Positions 35,469-43,834 of a stretch of DNA of 64,000 nucleotides are shown piece by piece; positions within the stretch are counted from its first letter, which is position 1; each line of letters opens with the position of its first letter. This DNA comes from an uncultured Collinsella sp. GTDB taxonomy: Bacteria; Actinomycetota; Coriobacteriia; Coriobacteriales; Coriobacteriaceae. The stretch lies in contig CALIHA010000053.1 of NCBI GenBank assembly GCA_938023335.1, positions 73,015 through 137,014 of the forward strand, written 5' to 3'. The translations under genes and the position numbers were made by a program. The notes under the pieces were generated by a model that searched no databases, was not told the DNA's origin, and saw nothing but the letters and a program-made list of their open reading frames with translations.

Positions 35469-36548
35469 ATGGCAAACAAGCTCTCTGTCGCATTTATCGG
35501 CACCGGAATCATGGGTGCCCCCATCGCCGGCCACATTCTGGACGCCGGCTATCTCGTCACGGTCAACAACCGCACTAAGTCCAAGGCGGCGGCGCTTATC
35601 GAGCACGGCGCAGTCTGGGCCGATACGCCGGCAGATGCCGTGGCGAACGCCGACGTCGTCTTTACCATGGTGGGTTATCCCTCCGAGGTCGGGGAGCTCT
35701 ACCTGGCGGGCGACGGCCTGCTGGCCTGCACTAAGCCCGGCGCGGTGCTGATCGACCTCACCACGAGCTCGCCCGAGCTCGCCCGTGACATTGCCGAGGC
35801 CGCCCAGGTTTCCGGCCGCATGGCGTTTGACTGCCCCGTCACCGGCGGCGAGTCGGGTGCTATCGCCGGCACGCTTACGGCTATCGTTGGCGCTACCGAA
35901 AACGACATCGCGCCGGTCCGCGACATCCTTGCCACCTTTGCGGCCAACATCTGCTGCTTCGACGGTGCCGGCAAGGGCCAGGCTGCCAAGCTCGCCAACC
36001 AGGTGTCGCTGGGCGCCTGCATGGTCGGCATGGCAGACGCCATGGCATTTGCCGAGCTGGGCGGCCTTGATCTGGAGAAGACCCGTCAGATGATCCTGGG
36101 CGGTACCGGCAAGTCCGGCGCCATGGAGAGCCTGGCTCCCAAGGCGCTCGACGGCGACTACAAGCCCGGCTTTATGGTCGAGCACTTCATTAAGGACCTG
36201 CGTCTGGCGCTCGCCTACGCCGATGACCGCGAGCTCGCGCTGCCCGGCGCCGACGTTGCCTTTACGCTCTACGACATGCTCGACGCCATCGGTGGCGCCA
36301 AACTGGGCACCCAGGCCATCACGGTCCTCTACAAGGAGGAGGCCGATGCCATCGCCGCCGGTCTGGACTGGTCGCAGTATCGTCCCGAAGAGCACGGTGC
36401 TCACGAGGACGGCTGCGGTTGCGGCGAGCACGGCGACGACCATGAGTGCGGTTGCGGCCACCATCACGGCAAGGACCACGAGTGCTGCGGCGGCCACGGC
36501 CATGACGACGGCCACGAGTGCTGCTGCGGCCACCATCACGGGGAGTAG
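35469..36548 (+). CDS. NAD(P)-dependent beta-hydroxyacid dehydrogenase (HIBADH/GarR-like) with a 53-aa His/Cys-rich C-terminal tail
   Basis: FIGTGIMGAPIA Rossmann motif, DCPVTGG, GKGQAAKLANQ. Tail EEHGAHEDGCGCGEHGDDHECGCGHHHGKDHECCGGHGHDDGHECCCGHHHGE. Confidence 0.85.
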   Translation: MANKLSVAFIGTGIMGAPIAGHILDAGYLVTVNNRTKSKAAALIEHGAVWADTPADAVANADVVFTMVGYPSEVGELYLAGDGLLACTKPGAVLIDLTTSSPELARDIAEAAQVSGRMAFDCPVTGGESGAIAGTLTAIVGATENDIAPVRDILATFAANICCFDGAGKGQAAKLANQVSLGACMVGMADAMAFAELGGLDLEKTRQMILGGTGKSGAMESLAPKALDGDYKPGFMVEHFIKDLRLALAYADDRELALPGADVAFTLYDMLDAIGGAKLGTQAITVLYKEEADAIAAGLDWSQYRPEEHGAHEDGCGCGEHGDDHECGCGHHHGKDHECCGGHGHDDGHECCCGHHHGE

Positions 36549-36553
36549 CGCCC

Positions 36554-36982
36554 ATGAACTGGACGTTCGTGGTGCTTGCGCTGGTGCTCTTTCTCTTTGC
36601 GATCTACATCGGCTTTTTGTGCGGCCAGTGGGCCTGCGAAAAGCGCGTCATCACCAAACGCGACTACTGGATCGCCAACTTTGCAGGAGCGGCGGCAGTC
36701 GTCCTGCTGACCTGGGTGTTCTCGCTGTTCCCGCTGGTGCAGTTTGCGCCGATCGGCTGGCTCGGCGGCTTTATCGCCGGCCTTAAGATGAGCTTTGGCG
36801 AGTCCGTCGGTCCGTGGCGCAAGCACGACGAGGTCTTTAACGTCAACAAAGCCCATCGTGCCGCCGCCGACGCGGGCGATGCCGAGGAGCGCCGCCGTGC
36901 GCGTCGCAATGGCGCGGCCGACCGACAGCTCATCTCGATCACCGATGACAGCAAGGGTGCCGACAAGCACGCTAAGAAATAG
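36554..36982 (+). CDS. Small membrane protein (2-3 TM) with a charged C-terminus
   Basis: MNWTFVVLALVLFLFAIYIGFL...; starts 5 nt after the preceding stop. Confidence 0.6.
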   Translation: MNWTFVVLALVLFLFAIYIGFLCGQWACEKRVITKRDYWIANFAGAAAVVLLTWVFSLFPLVQFAPIGWLGGFIAGLKMSFGESVGPWRKHDEVFNVNKAHRAAADAGDAEERRRARRNGAADRQLISITDDSKGADKHAKK

Positions 36983-36997
36983 TAAGAAGAGGTAACT

Positions 36998-37696
36998 ATG
37001 GCAGAAAACAAAGACGAACAGCTCACCGACGAGGAGCTGGCACAGCTTCAGCTGGCAGAGGAGAACGAGAACGCCGTCGACCGCCTGGTCCAGGAGCTCG
37101 GCTGCCCCACGCGCCGCATCCGCCAGTTTGCCGCCCGCGTGCTGCACCTGCTTGCCGAGCGCGATCCGCAGCGCGTCGTGCCCTGCGTGCCCGCGCTGAT
37201 CGAGGCGCTCGACCGCCCCGAGGCTCAGACCCGCTGGGAGGCTCTCGATGCCCTGACGGCGCTTGCCACCACCTGCCCCGAGCAGCTGGGCGATGCCTTT
37301 GAGGGCGCCGAGACCGCACTGTTCGACGAGATTTCCTCCACGCTGCGCTATGCCGCCTTCCGCCTGCTGTGCGTGTGGGGCGCTACGAGTGTCGAGCGTT
37401 CGCGCGAGGCTTGGTCCATCCTGGACGAGGCCATCCAGTGCTACCACGGTGACCTCGAGTATCGCGACATGCTCGGTTGCCTGTACGAGTTTGGTCAGGG
37501 CGAGATTGACGCCGAGGTCGCCGAGAAGCTCGCGCTGCGCCTTAAGTTCGATGCCGAGAACGGCAAGGGCAGCTATCTCAAGGCCCGTTCGAGCGAGATT
37601 TGCGAAATGCTTGTTAAACGTTTTGGCCTGGATCTCTCCAAAAAGAAGAAGCGTGCTAGCGTTAAAAAATCTGACGACGCTGAAAACGAGGAGTAA
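36998..37696 (+). CDS. Hypothetical all-helical protein, HEAT/ARM-repeat-like, with a Lys-rich tail
   Basis: Repeated helical hairpin pattern (RRIRQFAARVLHLLAE...VPALIEALD...RWEALDALTALA); AGAGG RBS. Confidence 0.65.
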   Translation: MAENKDEQLTDEELAQLQLAEENENAVDRLVQELGCPTRRIRQFAARVLHLLAERDPQRVVPCVPALIEALDRPEAQTRWEALDALTALATTCPEQLGDAFEGAETALFDEISSTLRYAAFRLLCVWGATSVERSREAWSILDEAIQCYHGDLEYRDMLGCLYEFGQGEIDAEVAEKLALRLKFDAENGKGSYLKARSSEICEMLVKRFGLDLSKKKKRASVKKSDDAENEE

Positions 37697-37702
37697 CAGA
37701 TT

Positions 37703-38788
37703 ATGGCGCACGATGTAGTCCTGATTCCCGGTGACGGTATCGGTCCCGAGATTACGCAGGCCATGCGCCGCGTGGTCGAGGCCGCCGGTGTCCAGATTAA
37801 TTGGAATGTCCAGGAGGCCGGTGCCGGCGTCATGGACGAGTTTGGCACGCCGCTGCCCCAGCACGTGCTCGATGCGGTCGCCGAGACCAAGGTTGCCATC
37901 AAGGGCCCCATCACCACGCCGGTCGGCACGGGTTTCCGCAGCGTCAACGTGGCCCTGCGCAAACACTTCGACCTGTACGCTTGCGTGCGCCCTTGCCTGT
38001 CGCAGCCGGGCGACGGCTCTCGTTTCCGCGATGTCGACCTGGTTATCGTGCGCGAGAACACCGAGGACCTCTACGCCGGCATCGAGTTCGATGAGGGCGC
38101 TGCCGAGGTCGAGGAGCTCTCACAGCTTGTCGAGCGCTCGGGCCAGAAGACCTTCGCCGCCGATTCCGCGATTTCGATCAAGCCGATCTCTATCGCCAAG
38201 AGCCGCCGCATTGTGGAGTACGCCTTTAAGTACGCCCGCCGCTGCGGCCGCAAAAAGGTGACGGCCGTGCACAAGGCCAACATCATGAAAGCGACCGACG
38301 GCCTGTTCCTGCGCGTGGCGCGCGAGGTGGCCGCCAACTATCCCGATATCGAGTTCAACGACAAGATCGTCGACGCCACCTGCATGGGCCTGGTCCAAAA
38401 CCCCAACGACTTCGATGTCCTGGTGCTGCCCAACCTGTACGGCGACATCGTGAGCGATCTGTGCGCTGGCCTGGTGGGTGGCTTAGGCATGGCCCCCGGC
38501 TCCAACATCGGTGCCGACTGCGCAATCTTTGAGGCTACGCATGGCTCCGCGCCCGATATCGCCGGCCAGGATATCGCCAACCCCACGGCCGAGATCCTCT
38601 CTGCTGCGATGATGCTCGATCACCTGGGCGAGAACGATGCTGCCAATCGCATTCGTGCCGCCGTATCTGCCACGCTCGACGAGGGCGAGCAGGTTACCGG
38701 TGACGTGCGTCGTGCCCAGACCGGCTCCGTTGAGGGCGCTGTGGGCATGCAGGCCTTTGCCGATGCCGTTATCGCGCACCTGGTCTAA
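37703..38788 (+). CDS. icd: Isocitrate/isopropylmalate dehydrogenase family enzyme, probably NAD-dependent isocitrate dehydrogenase
   Basis: [50 protein letters not shown]. Confidence 0.87.
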   Translation: MAHDVVLIPGDGIGPEITQAMRRVVEAAGVQINWNVQEAGAGVMDEFGTPLPQHVLDAVAETKVAIKGPITTPVGTGFRSVNVALRKHFDLYACVRPCLSQPGDGSRFRDVDLVIVRENTEDLYAGIEFDEGAAEVEELSQLVERSGQKTFAADSAISIKPISIAKSRRIVEYAFKYARRCGRKKVTAVHKANIMKATDGLFLRVAREVAANYPDIEFNDKIVDATCMGLVQNPNDFDVLVLPNLYGDIVSDLCAGLVGGLGMAPGSNIGADCAIFEATHGSAPDIAGQDIANPTAEILSAAMMLDHLGENDAANRIRAAVSATLDEGEQVTGDVRRAQTGSVEGAVGMQAFADAVIAHLV

Positions 38789-38847
38789 GGTATGCACGCT
38801 GCAAACGCCTAAATAGTACTTAAGTGTTTGCGTATAACCTAAGAATC

Positions 38848-38881
38848 AATACGCCCGGCGCTCTGCCGGGCGTATTCTATT
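38848..38881 (+). terminator. Intrinsic terminator after the IDH-family gene
   Basis: AATACGCCCGGC-GCTCT-GCCGGGCGTATT then CTATT. Confidence 0.65.
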
Positions 38882-38914
38882 GGGGACTATGTTTCCTAAC
38901 AAGGAGTAACTGAT

Positions 38915-39997
38915 ATGGGTCTGATTCAAAAGAAGGACGAGAAGGACGAGATCGACGGCATCCAGATCATCGAGCGCGGCGAAGGCCCCGACGGTGATGA
39001 GGACGAGAAGATTGACCTGGTCGCCGGCACGTCTGCCGAGCACATTGCCGCCGGTACGACCGCCGAGGAGGAGGACGCTCGCTTGGAGGCAAAGATCGCC
39101 GCGGACGCCGCCGACGAGAACCTCATGCCCGAGGAGCAGGACGAGGACGACTCCGACGTGGACGACCACGCTTGCAAGCACAAGAAGACGATGATTGCCG
39201 CCTTTGTGGTCGCCATCGTGATCGCTGCTGTGGTCGGCTTCTTTATTGGCAATGGCGGCTTTGGCGGCAAGGGCGTCGGCTCGGCGACCCTGACCGAGGA
39301 CCAGCTCGATTCGACCGTGGCGAGTTATAGCTACAACGGCAAGAAGAGCGACATCACTGCGCGTGAGGCCATCGAGAGCCAGTACAGTCTCGACACCGTC
39401 AAGGACGACGACGGCAACTACACTGCTCCGTCTGCCGACGTTATCCTGTCCTACGTGCGCAACCAGATTCTGCTGGACGCTGCCGAGGACGAGGGCATTA
39501 CTGTCTCTTCCAAGGAAATGAAGAAGTACGCCGAGGAGTCCATCGGCACCTCCGACTACAAGACCATGGCCACGCAGTACGGCGTGTCCAAGGACCAGGC
39601 CAAGAAGATCGTCCGTCAGTCCGCGACGCTGCAGAAGCTCTACAAGAAGAAGGTCGGCGACAGCTCCGCAAGCATGCCGACCGCTCCGACTGAGCCTGCC
39701 GACGGCAACGAGGAAACCGCGAGCAAGGATTACGCCGACTACATCATCAACCTTGTCGGCGATGAGTGGGATAGCTCAAACGGCACCTGGAAGGACGCCG
39801 ATAGCACCTACGCTAAGGCGTTCGCCGACGATGCCTTTACTGCCGATAGCGCGACCTATAAGCAGGCCATGACCGCCTACTACACTGCTTATCAGCAGTA
39901 CTCCTCGCAGGCTTCGAGTGCCAGCTCCAAGTGGACCGAGTATGCTAACGGCCTCTACGCCAAGGCCAACATCAGCATCTACGGCCTGTTTGCGTAA
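38915..39997 (+). CDS. Membrane-anchored protein: acidic N-terminus, one TM, extracytoplasmic helical domain (possibly SurA-N/PpiD-like chaperone)
   Basis: TM segment MIAAFVVAIVIAAVVGFFIG; the domain call is by resemblance only. Confidence 0.7.
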   Translation: MGLIQKKDEKDEIDGIQIIERGEGPDGDEDEKIDLVAGTSAEHIAAGTTAEEEDARLEAKIAADAADENLMPEEQDEDDSDVDDHACKHKKTMIAAFVVAIVIAAVVGFFIGNGGFGGKGVGSATLTEDQLDSTVASYSYNGKKSDITAREAIESQYSLDTVKDDDGNYTAPSADVILSYVRNQILLDAAEDEGITVSSKEMKKYAEESIGTSDYKTMATQYGVSKDQAKKIVRQSATLQKLYKKKVGDSSASMPTAPTEPADGNEETASKDYADYIINLVGDEWDSSNGTWKDADSTYAKAFADDAFTADSATYKQAMTAYYTAYQQYSSQASSASSKWTEYANGLYAKANISIYGLFA

Positions 39998-40037
39998 AGA
40001 GTTGCACGGCTCATCGAGCATCTAGCTGATAGAAAAC

Positions 40038-40078
40038 AAATTGCCCGCCAGTACGGAAGTCGTTCTGGCGGGCAATTT
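40038..40078. terminator. Bidirectional terminator hairpin between convergent genes
   Basis: AAATTGCCCGCCAG...CTGGCGGGCAATTT, 14-bp arms. Confidence 0.7.
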
Positions 40079-40111
40079 GCGTTGAGGGCGTGATTGGCGG
40101 CTTAATTATGG

Positions 40112-40351
40112 CTATTCATCTTTAAGTCCAAAAAGGCTATCGGCTTCATCGTCGGATATATATTCCAGTACATCGCCCGGTTGGCAGTCGAGTGCCCGGC
40201 ATATCGCATCAAGAGTTGAAAAACGTATGGCAGAAACCTTGCCCGTCTTAATGCGTGACATATTGACCTGGGAGATACCCACGCGTTCCGCAAGCTCTTT
40301 GGATGAGATCTTGCGTTCGGCGAGCATGCGGTCGAGCCGCAGAATAATCAT
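40112..40351 (-). CDS. XRE/Cro-type HTH transcriptional regulator (YozG-like, 79 aa)
   Basis: RLDRMLAERKISSKELAERVGISQVNMSRIKTGK. Confidence 0.85.
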   Translation of the reverse strand: MIILRLDRMLAERKISSKELAERVGISQVNMSRIKTGKVSAIRFSTLDAICRALDCQPGDVLEYISDDEADSLFGLKDE

Positions 40352-40360
40352 GGATTCCCC

Positions 40361-40999
40361 CTAGAGCAACTCGTCATCTTGTATTTGCAGGATACACCCG
40401 TACTGGAAGACGCTGGCAATCAGGCTAATAATCAGGCCTGCAAAGAGCATAGAGGCATCGAGCAGCTGGTCGCCAAGCGCATCCGTAAAGCTGCCGCCAA
40501 ATCCTGAGAGTATTAGCCCCGTGACTATGGCACCAAAAAGTTTCACGGCGGCGCCGCCAATAAGGAACAAGTGTCCTACTTGACGTAGTGTGCGGATGCA
40601 TTCGAGGTCAAAGGGCCTGCCTGCCTTTTCGATATTGGAGAATAGCCTGTATGCACTTAGCGCGATGGCAAGCGCGAGGCATGTCATCATGACGCTCCCT
40701 ATGGCAGTGTGGCCGTCGTGGGCGACAAGCATAAGAGGGGTCTGTGCGTTGGTGCCGACGAGAGCGAGACACGGTCCTTCGCCAGCCTTAAGCTTTACGG
40801 ATTGGAGACAGAACCCTTGGGAGAGGCTAGGCAATATGAGTAGAAGGTCGATTGCAATGACTGCGAGGAGTCCCAGGGCGAGCGCCACGGTGGTGCAGAT
40901 TGTGGCCAATTTGCAGATATGAGTGAGCTTCCTCAGCTTGGCGATTGCTTGTTCACGGTTGATGGCTTCATTCGATTTGGATACGTTCCAGCGGATCAT
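40361..40999 (-). CDS. Polytopic membrane protein, DUF2975-like, co-transcribed upstream of the XRE regulator
   Basis: About 4 TM helices; 9-nt gap to the XRE gene; GGAGGAG RBS before the ATG at 40999. Family call made from architecture and gene pairing. Confidence 0.65.
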   Translation of the reverse strand: MIRWNVSKSNEAINREQAIAKLRKLTHICKLATICTTVALALGLLAVIAIDLLLILPSLSQGFCLQSVKLKAGEGPCLALVGTNAQTPLMLVAHDGHTAIGSVMMTCLALAIALSAYRLFSNIEKAGRPFDLECIRTLRQVGHLFLIGGAAVKLFGAIVTGLILSGFGGSFTDALGDQLLDASMLFAGLIISLIASVFQYGCILQIQDDELL

Positions 41000-41571
41000 A
41001 GCTCCTCCAACCGATGTCATGGATGATACTTGTATCTTATATCATACTTAATAGTAAACGTTAAACAATTACAGATTAGAGTAAGTAATGTTTGTGAGAC
41101 GAATAGCGAGAGCTTATGGCATATTTAGGGAGTGAGAGTTTGGCACGTGGGGGATGGACGAGTATCGAAATTTCCCGCAACCACGCAAGTGCTTCATCGG
41201 GTCTCCCTAATTCATATGGAAAAGGAGCTGCAAACGATTGGAAATAACCGCTGAGCGGTCGAAAACTACCGTTCACCGATAATTTCTAAACTGGTTCTAA
41301 CTGGTATTAAGTCAAAAAGACCAATTCACAAATCTTCACAATGACCTGCATTTTTTCTACATGCCTTTTTGGCCACCCTGCGTTGTTTAGACACAGAAAA
41401 GGTTCCGATCTTTCGTCAAAGTATTTCGAAACGGTTTCAAAACCGCAGGTAGAAGTGTTAACGAGCGGTAAACGGTCGATTTATCGCCGTGAGCGGTGCA
41501 AAAACGTTTTATTGCGTGAATCAGCGAAAGCGACCTCTTCTGTGATGATATAGTGACAACAACACGTCATG

Positions 41572-41584
41572 TGGTTACTACCAG
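41572..41584. promoter_or_regulatory. Candidate HutC/GntR operator TGGTTACTACCAG (TGGT-N4-ACCA) upstream of the PTS operon
   Basis: The identical 13-mer recurs at 45864-45876; related half-sites at 41291-41308 and 41591-41601. Confidence 0.45.
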
Positions 41585-41699
41585 TTGAGAGACCACTGGT
41601 CTTCAAAGAACGCTTTCCAAGAAGCTTTAAGGGCGTCCGCCCGCTGGCTTCCGAAAACATCGGACTCAGATCGTACACACCTTCGGAAGGGAAATTTGA

Positions 41700-42143
41700 A
41701 TGGTTGGCTTTATTCTTACCGGTCATGGACAGTTCGCACCCGGCCTCGCAAGCGCTATCGCTATGGTCGCCGGTGATCAGCCCGCTTTTACCGTCGTTCC
41801 TTTCGAGGGCGACCAGGCTGCTTCCTACGGTGAGGATCTCCGCGCCGCTATCACCGCCATGCGCGAGGAGTGCGATGGCGTGCTCGTCTTTACCGACCTG
41901 CTTGGTGGTACCCCGTTCAACCAGGCAATGATGATTGCCCAGGATGTCGACAACGTCGAGATTCTGACTGGCACGAACCTTCCCATGGTTATTGAGCTTC
42001 TGTTCCTCCGCGGCAACGCTACGCTCGCCGAGCTTGGCGAGCAGGCCGTGACCGTTGGCCAGACGGGCATCACCGCCCAGACGGTTGCCTCCGTCGCTGG
42101 TGCCGAGGAAGAGGATATCTTCGGTGACGAGGACGGCATCTAA
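41700..42143 (+). CDS. PTS mannose-family EIIA component
   Basis: MVGFILTGHGQFA (phospho-His context), TDLLGGTPFN. Confidence 0.9.
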   Translation: MVGFILTGHGQFAPGLASAIAMVAGDQPAFTVVPFEGDQAASYGEDLRAAITAMREECDGVLVFTDLLGGTPFNQAMMIAQDVDNVEILTGTNLPMVIELLFLRGNATLAELGEQAVTVGQTGITAQTVASVAGAEEEDIFGDEDGI

Positions 42144-42424
42144 TGGCCGATTTCGGAGCCAGCGTCCTGAGCTCCTCGGTCGCTCTTTTAGGCCTGCTTG
42201 TCGTCATGGGCTTGATTTACACCATCTGGTCGCAAATCAACATGAAGAAGAAGCAGAAGTACTTCAAGGAGCTGCACACCGAGCTCAAGCCGGGTCAGGA
42301 GGTTCTTTTCGCCGGCGGTATCTACGGAACCGTCAAGGGCATCGAAGGCGAAAAGGTCCAGATCAAAGTCCGATCCGGTGCCGTCGTAGATGTTTCGCGT
42401 TACGCGATTCAGGAGATCAAGTAA
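42143..42424 (+). CDS. yajC: YajC-like small membrane protein embedded in the PTS operon
   Basis: One TM then LKPGQEVLFAGGIYGTVKGIEGEKVQIKV; start overlaps the EIIA stop. Confidence 0.82.
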   Translation: MADFGASVLSSSVALLGLLVVMGLIYTIWSQINMKKKQKYFKELHTELKPGQEVLFAGGIYGTVKGIEGEKVQIKVRSGAVVDVSRYAIQEIK

Positions 42425-42460
42425 CTGTCGTCAGCAAATAACGAAAGGAAGCTGATCAAC

Positions 42461-42943
42461 ATGGCAGAACCCAACATTCTTCTTACCCGCATCGATAACC
42501 GACTGGTTCATGGTCAGGTTGCCACCCAGTGGAACTCCACCCTGGGCTCCAACCTCATCCTCGTCGCCAACGACGACGTGGCGACCAACACCATGCGCCA
42601 GAACCTCATGAAGATGGCCGCTCCCGCCGGCGTCGCTACGCGTTTCTTCTCTCTGCAGAAGACCATCGACGTCATTGGCAAGGCGAGCCCGCGCCAGAAG
42701 ATCTTCATCGTGGCCGAAACACCGGAAGACGTGCTTACGCTCGTCAAGGGCGGTGTGCCTATAAAGAAGGTAAACATCGGCAACATGCACATGTCGGAAG
42801 GAAAGCGCCAAGTCGCCACCTCCGTCGCAGTTAACGACGAGGATGTCGCTGCGTTTAAAGAGCTGCAGGAATTGGGGGTGGAGTTGGAGATCAGGCGCGT
42901 TCCGAGCACGCCTGTTGAGGACACGAGCAAGCTCTTCTCGTAG
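42461..42943 (+). CDS. PTS mannose/sorbose/N-acetylgalactosamine-family EIIB component
   Basis: LLTRIDNRLVHGQVATQW with the catalytic His present. Confidence 0.92.
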   Translation: MAEPNILLTRIDNRLVHGQVATQWNSTLGSNLILVANDDVATNTMRQNLMKMAAPAGVATRFFSLQKTIDVIGKASPRQKIFIVAETPEDVLTLVKGGVPIKKVNIGNMHMSEGKRQVATSVAVNDEDVAAFKELQELGVELEIRRVPSTPVEDTSKLFS

Positions 42944-43033
42944 TCTTCGTGATCCACGTTGTCAGGAGTGAAACCCTGACATTCTGTACGTGAAATCCAA
43001 AGTGCGTACATACATTTTGAAAGGAGGAGCAAG

Positions 43034-43834
43034 ATGGAATACACGATCTTCCAGGTCGCTCTGGTCTTCATCGTCACGTTCGTCGCGGCAATCGACCAGT
43101 TTAACTTCCTCGAGTCTCTCTATCAGCCCATCGTCACCGGCGCCGTCATTGGTCTTATCCTTGGCGACCTCAACACCGGTCTTCTCGTGGGTGGTACTTA
43201 TCAGCTCATGACGATCGGCAACATGCCGATCGGAGGTGCTCAGCCGCCTAACGCCGTCATCGGCGGCATCATGGCAGCCATTCTCGCTATCGCTACGGGC
43301 CTCGAGCCCAACGCGGCAGTCGGCCTTGCCATTCCGTTCGCTCTGCTTGGTCAGCTCGGCGTTACCCTGGTCTTCACGCTTATGTCGCCGCTCATGTCCT
43401 CCGCGGACAACATGGCTCACAACGCCGACACCAAGGGTATCGAGCGTCTGAACTACTTCGCCATGGCTCTGCTCGGCCTGATCTTCGCTGTCGTCGTCAC
43501 CCTGTTCTTCATCGCTGGCGCTACCATCGGTCAGACCATCGCTTCCGCCATCCCGACTTGGCTGCAGACCGGTCTCTCCGCTGCAGGCGGCATGATGCGC
43601 TTCGTCGGCTTCGCCGTCCTGCTCAAGGTTATGATGAACCGCGATATGTGGGGCTTCTTCCTCATGGGCTTTGGCCTCGCGCTCATCACCGTTGCCAACG
43701 ATTCTCTGGCAACCCCTGCTCTGCTCATCCTCGCTCTCATCGGCTTCGGCATCGCTTTCTGGGACTTCCAGCAGCAGACCGAGCTGAAGGGTGCAGCTGT
43801 TTCTGACGGAGGTGACTTCGAAGATGGCATCTAA
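43034..43834 (+). CDS. PTS mannose-family EIIC component
   Basis: 266 aa polytopic; GAAAGGAGG RBS. Confidence 0.9.
   Translation: MEYTIFQVALVFIVTFVAAIDQFNFLESLYQPIVTGAVIGLILGDLNTGLLVGGTYQLMTIGNMPIGGAQPPNAVIGGIMAAILAIATGLEPNAAVGLAIPFALLGQLGVTLVFTLMSPLMSSADNMAHNADTKGIERLNYFAMALLGLIFAVVVTLFFIAGATIGQTIASAIPTWLQTGLSAAGGMMRFVGFAVLLKVMMNRDMWGFFLMGFGLALITVANDSLATPALLILALIGFGIAFWDFQQQTELKGAAVSDGGDFEDGI

Noticed and set aside
41141-41157. TGGCAC, a possible sigma-54 -24 element, since Man-family PTS operons are often sigma-54/LevR controlled in Firmicutes.
   Set aside because: There is no TTGC(A/T) -12 element at the required spacing (the sequence is TGGCACGTGGGGGATGG), and no LevR/ManR-type activator is in the window.
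41341-41553. 70-codon ORF and the neighbouring 66- and 81-codon ORFs in the AT-rich gap.
   Set aside because: They have no RBS, Cys/Arg/Ser-rich odd composition, mutual overlap and no recognisable family.
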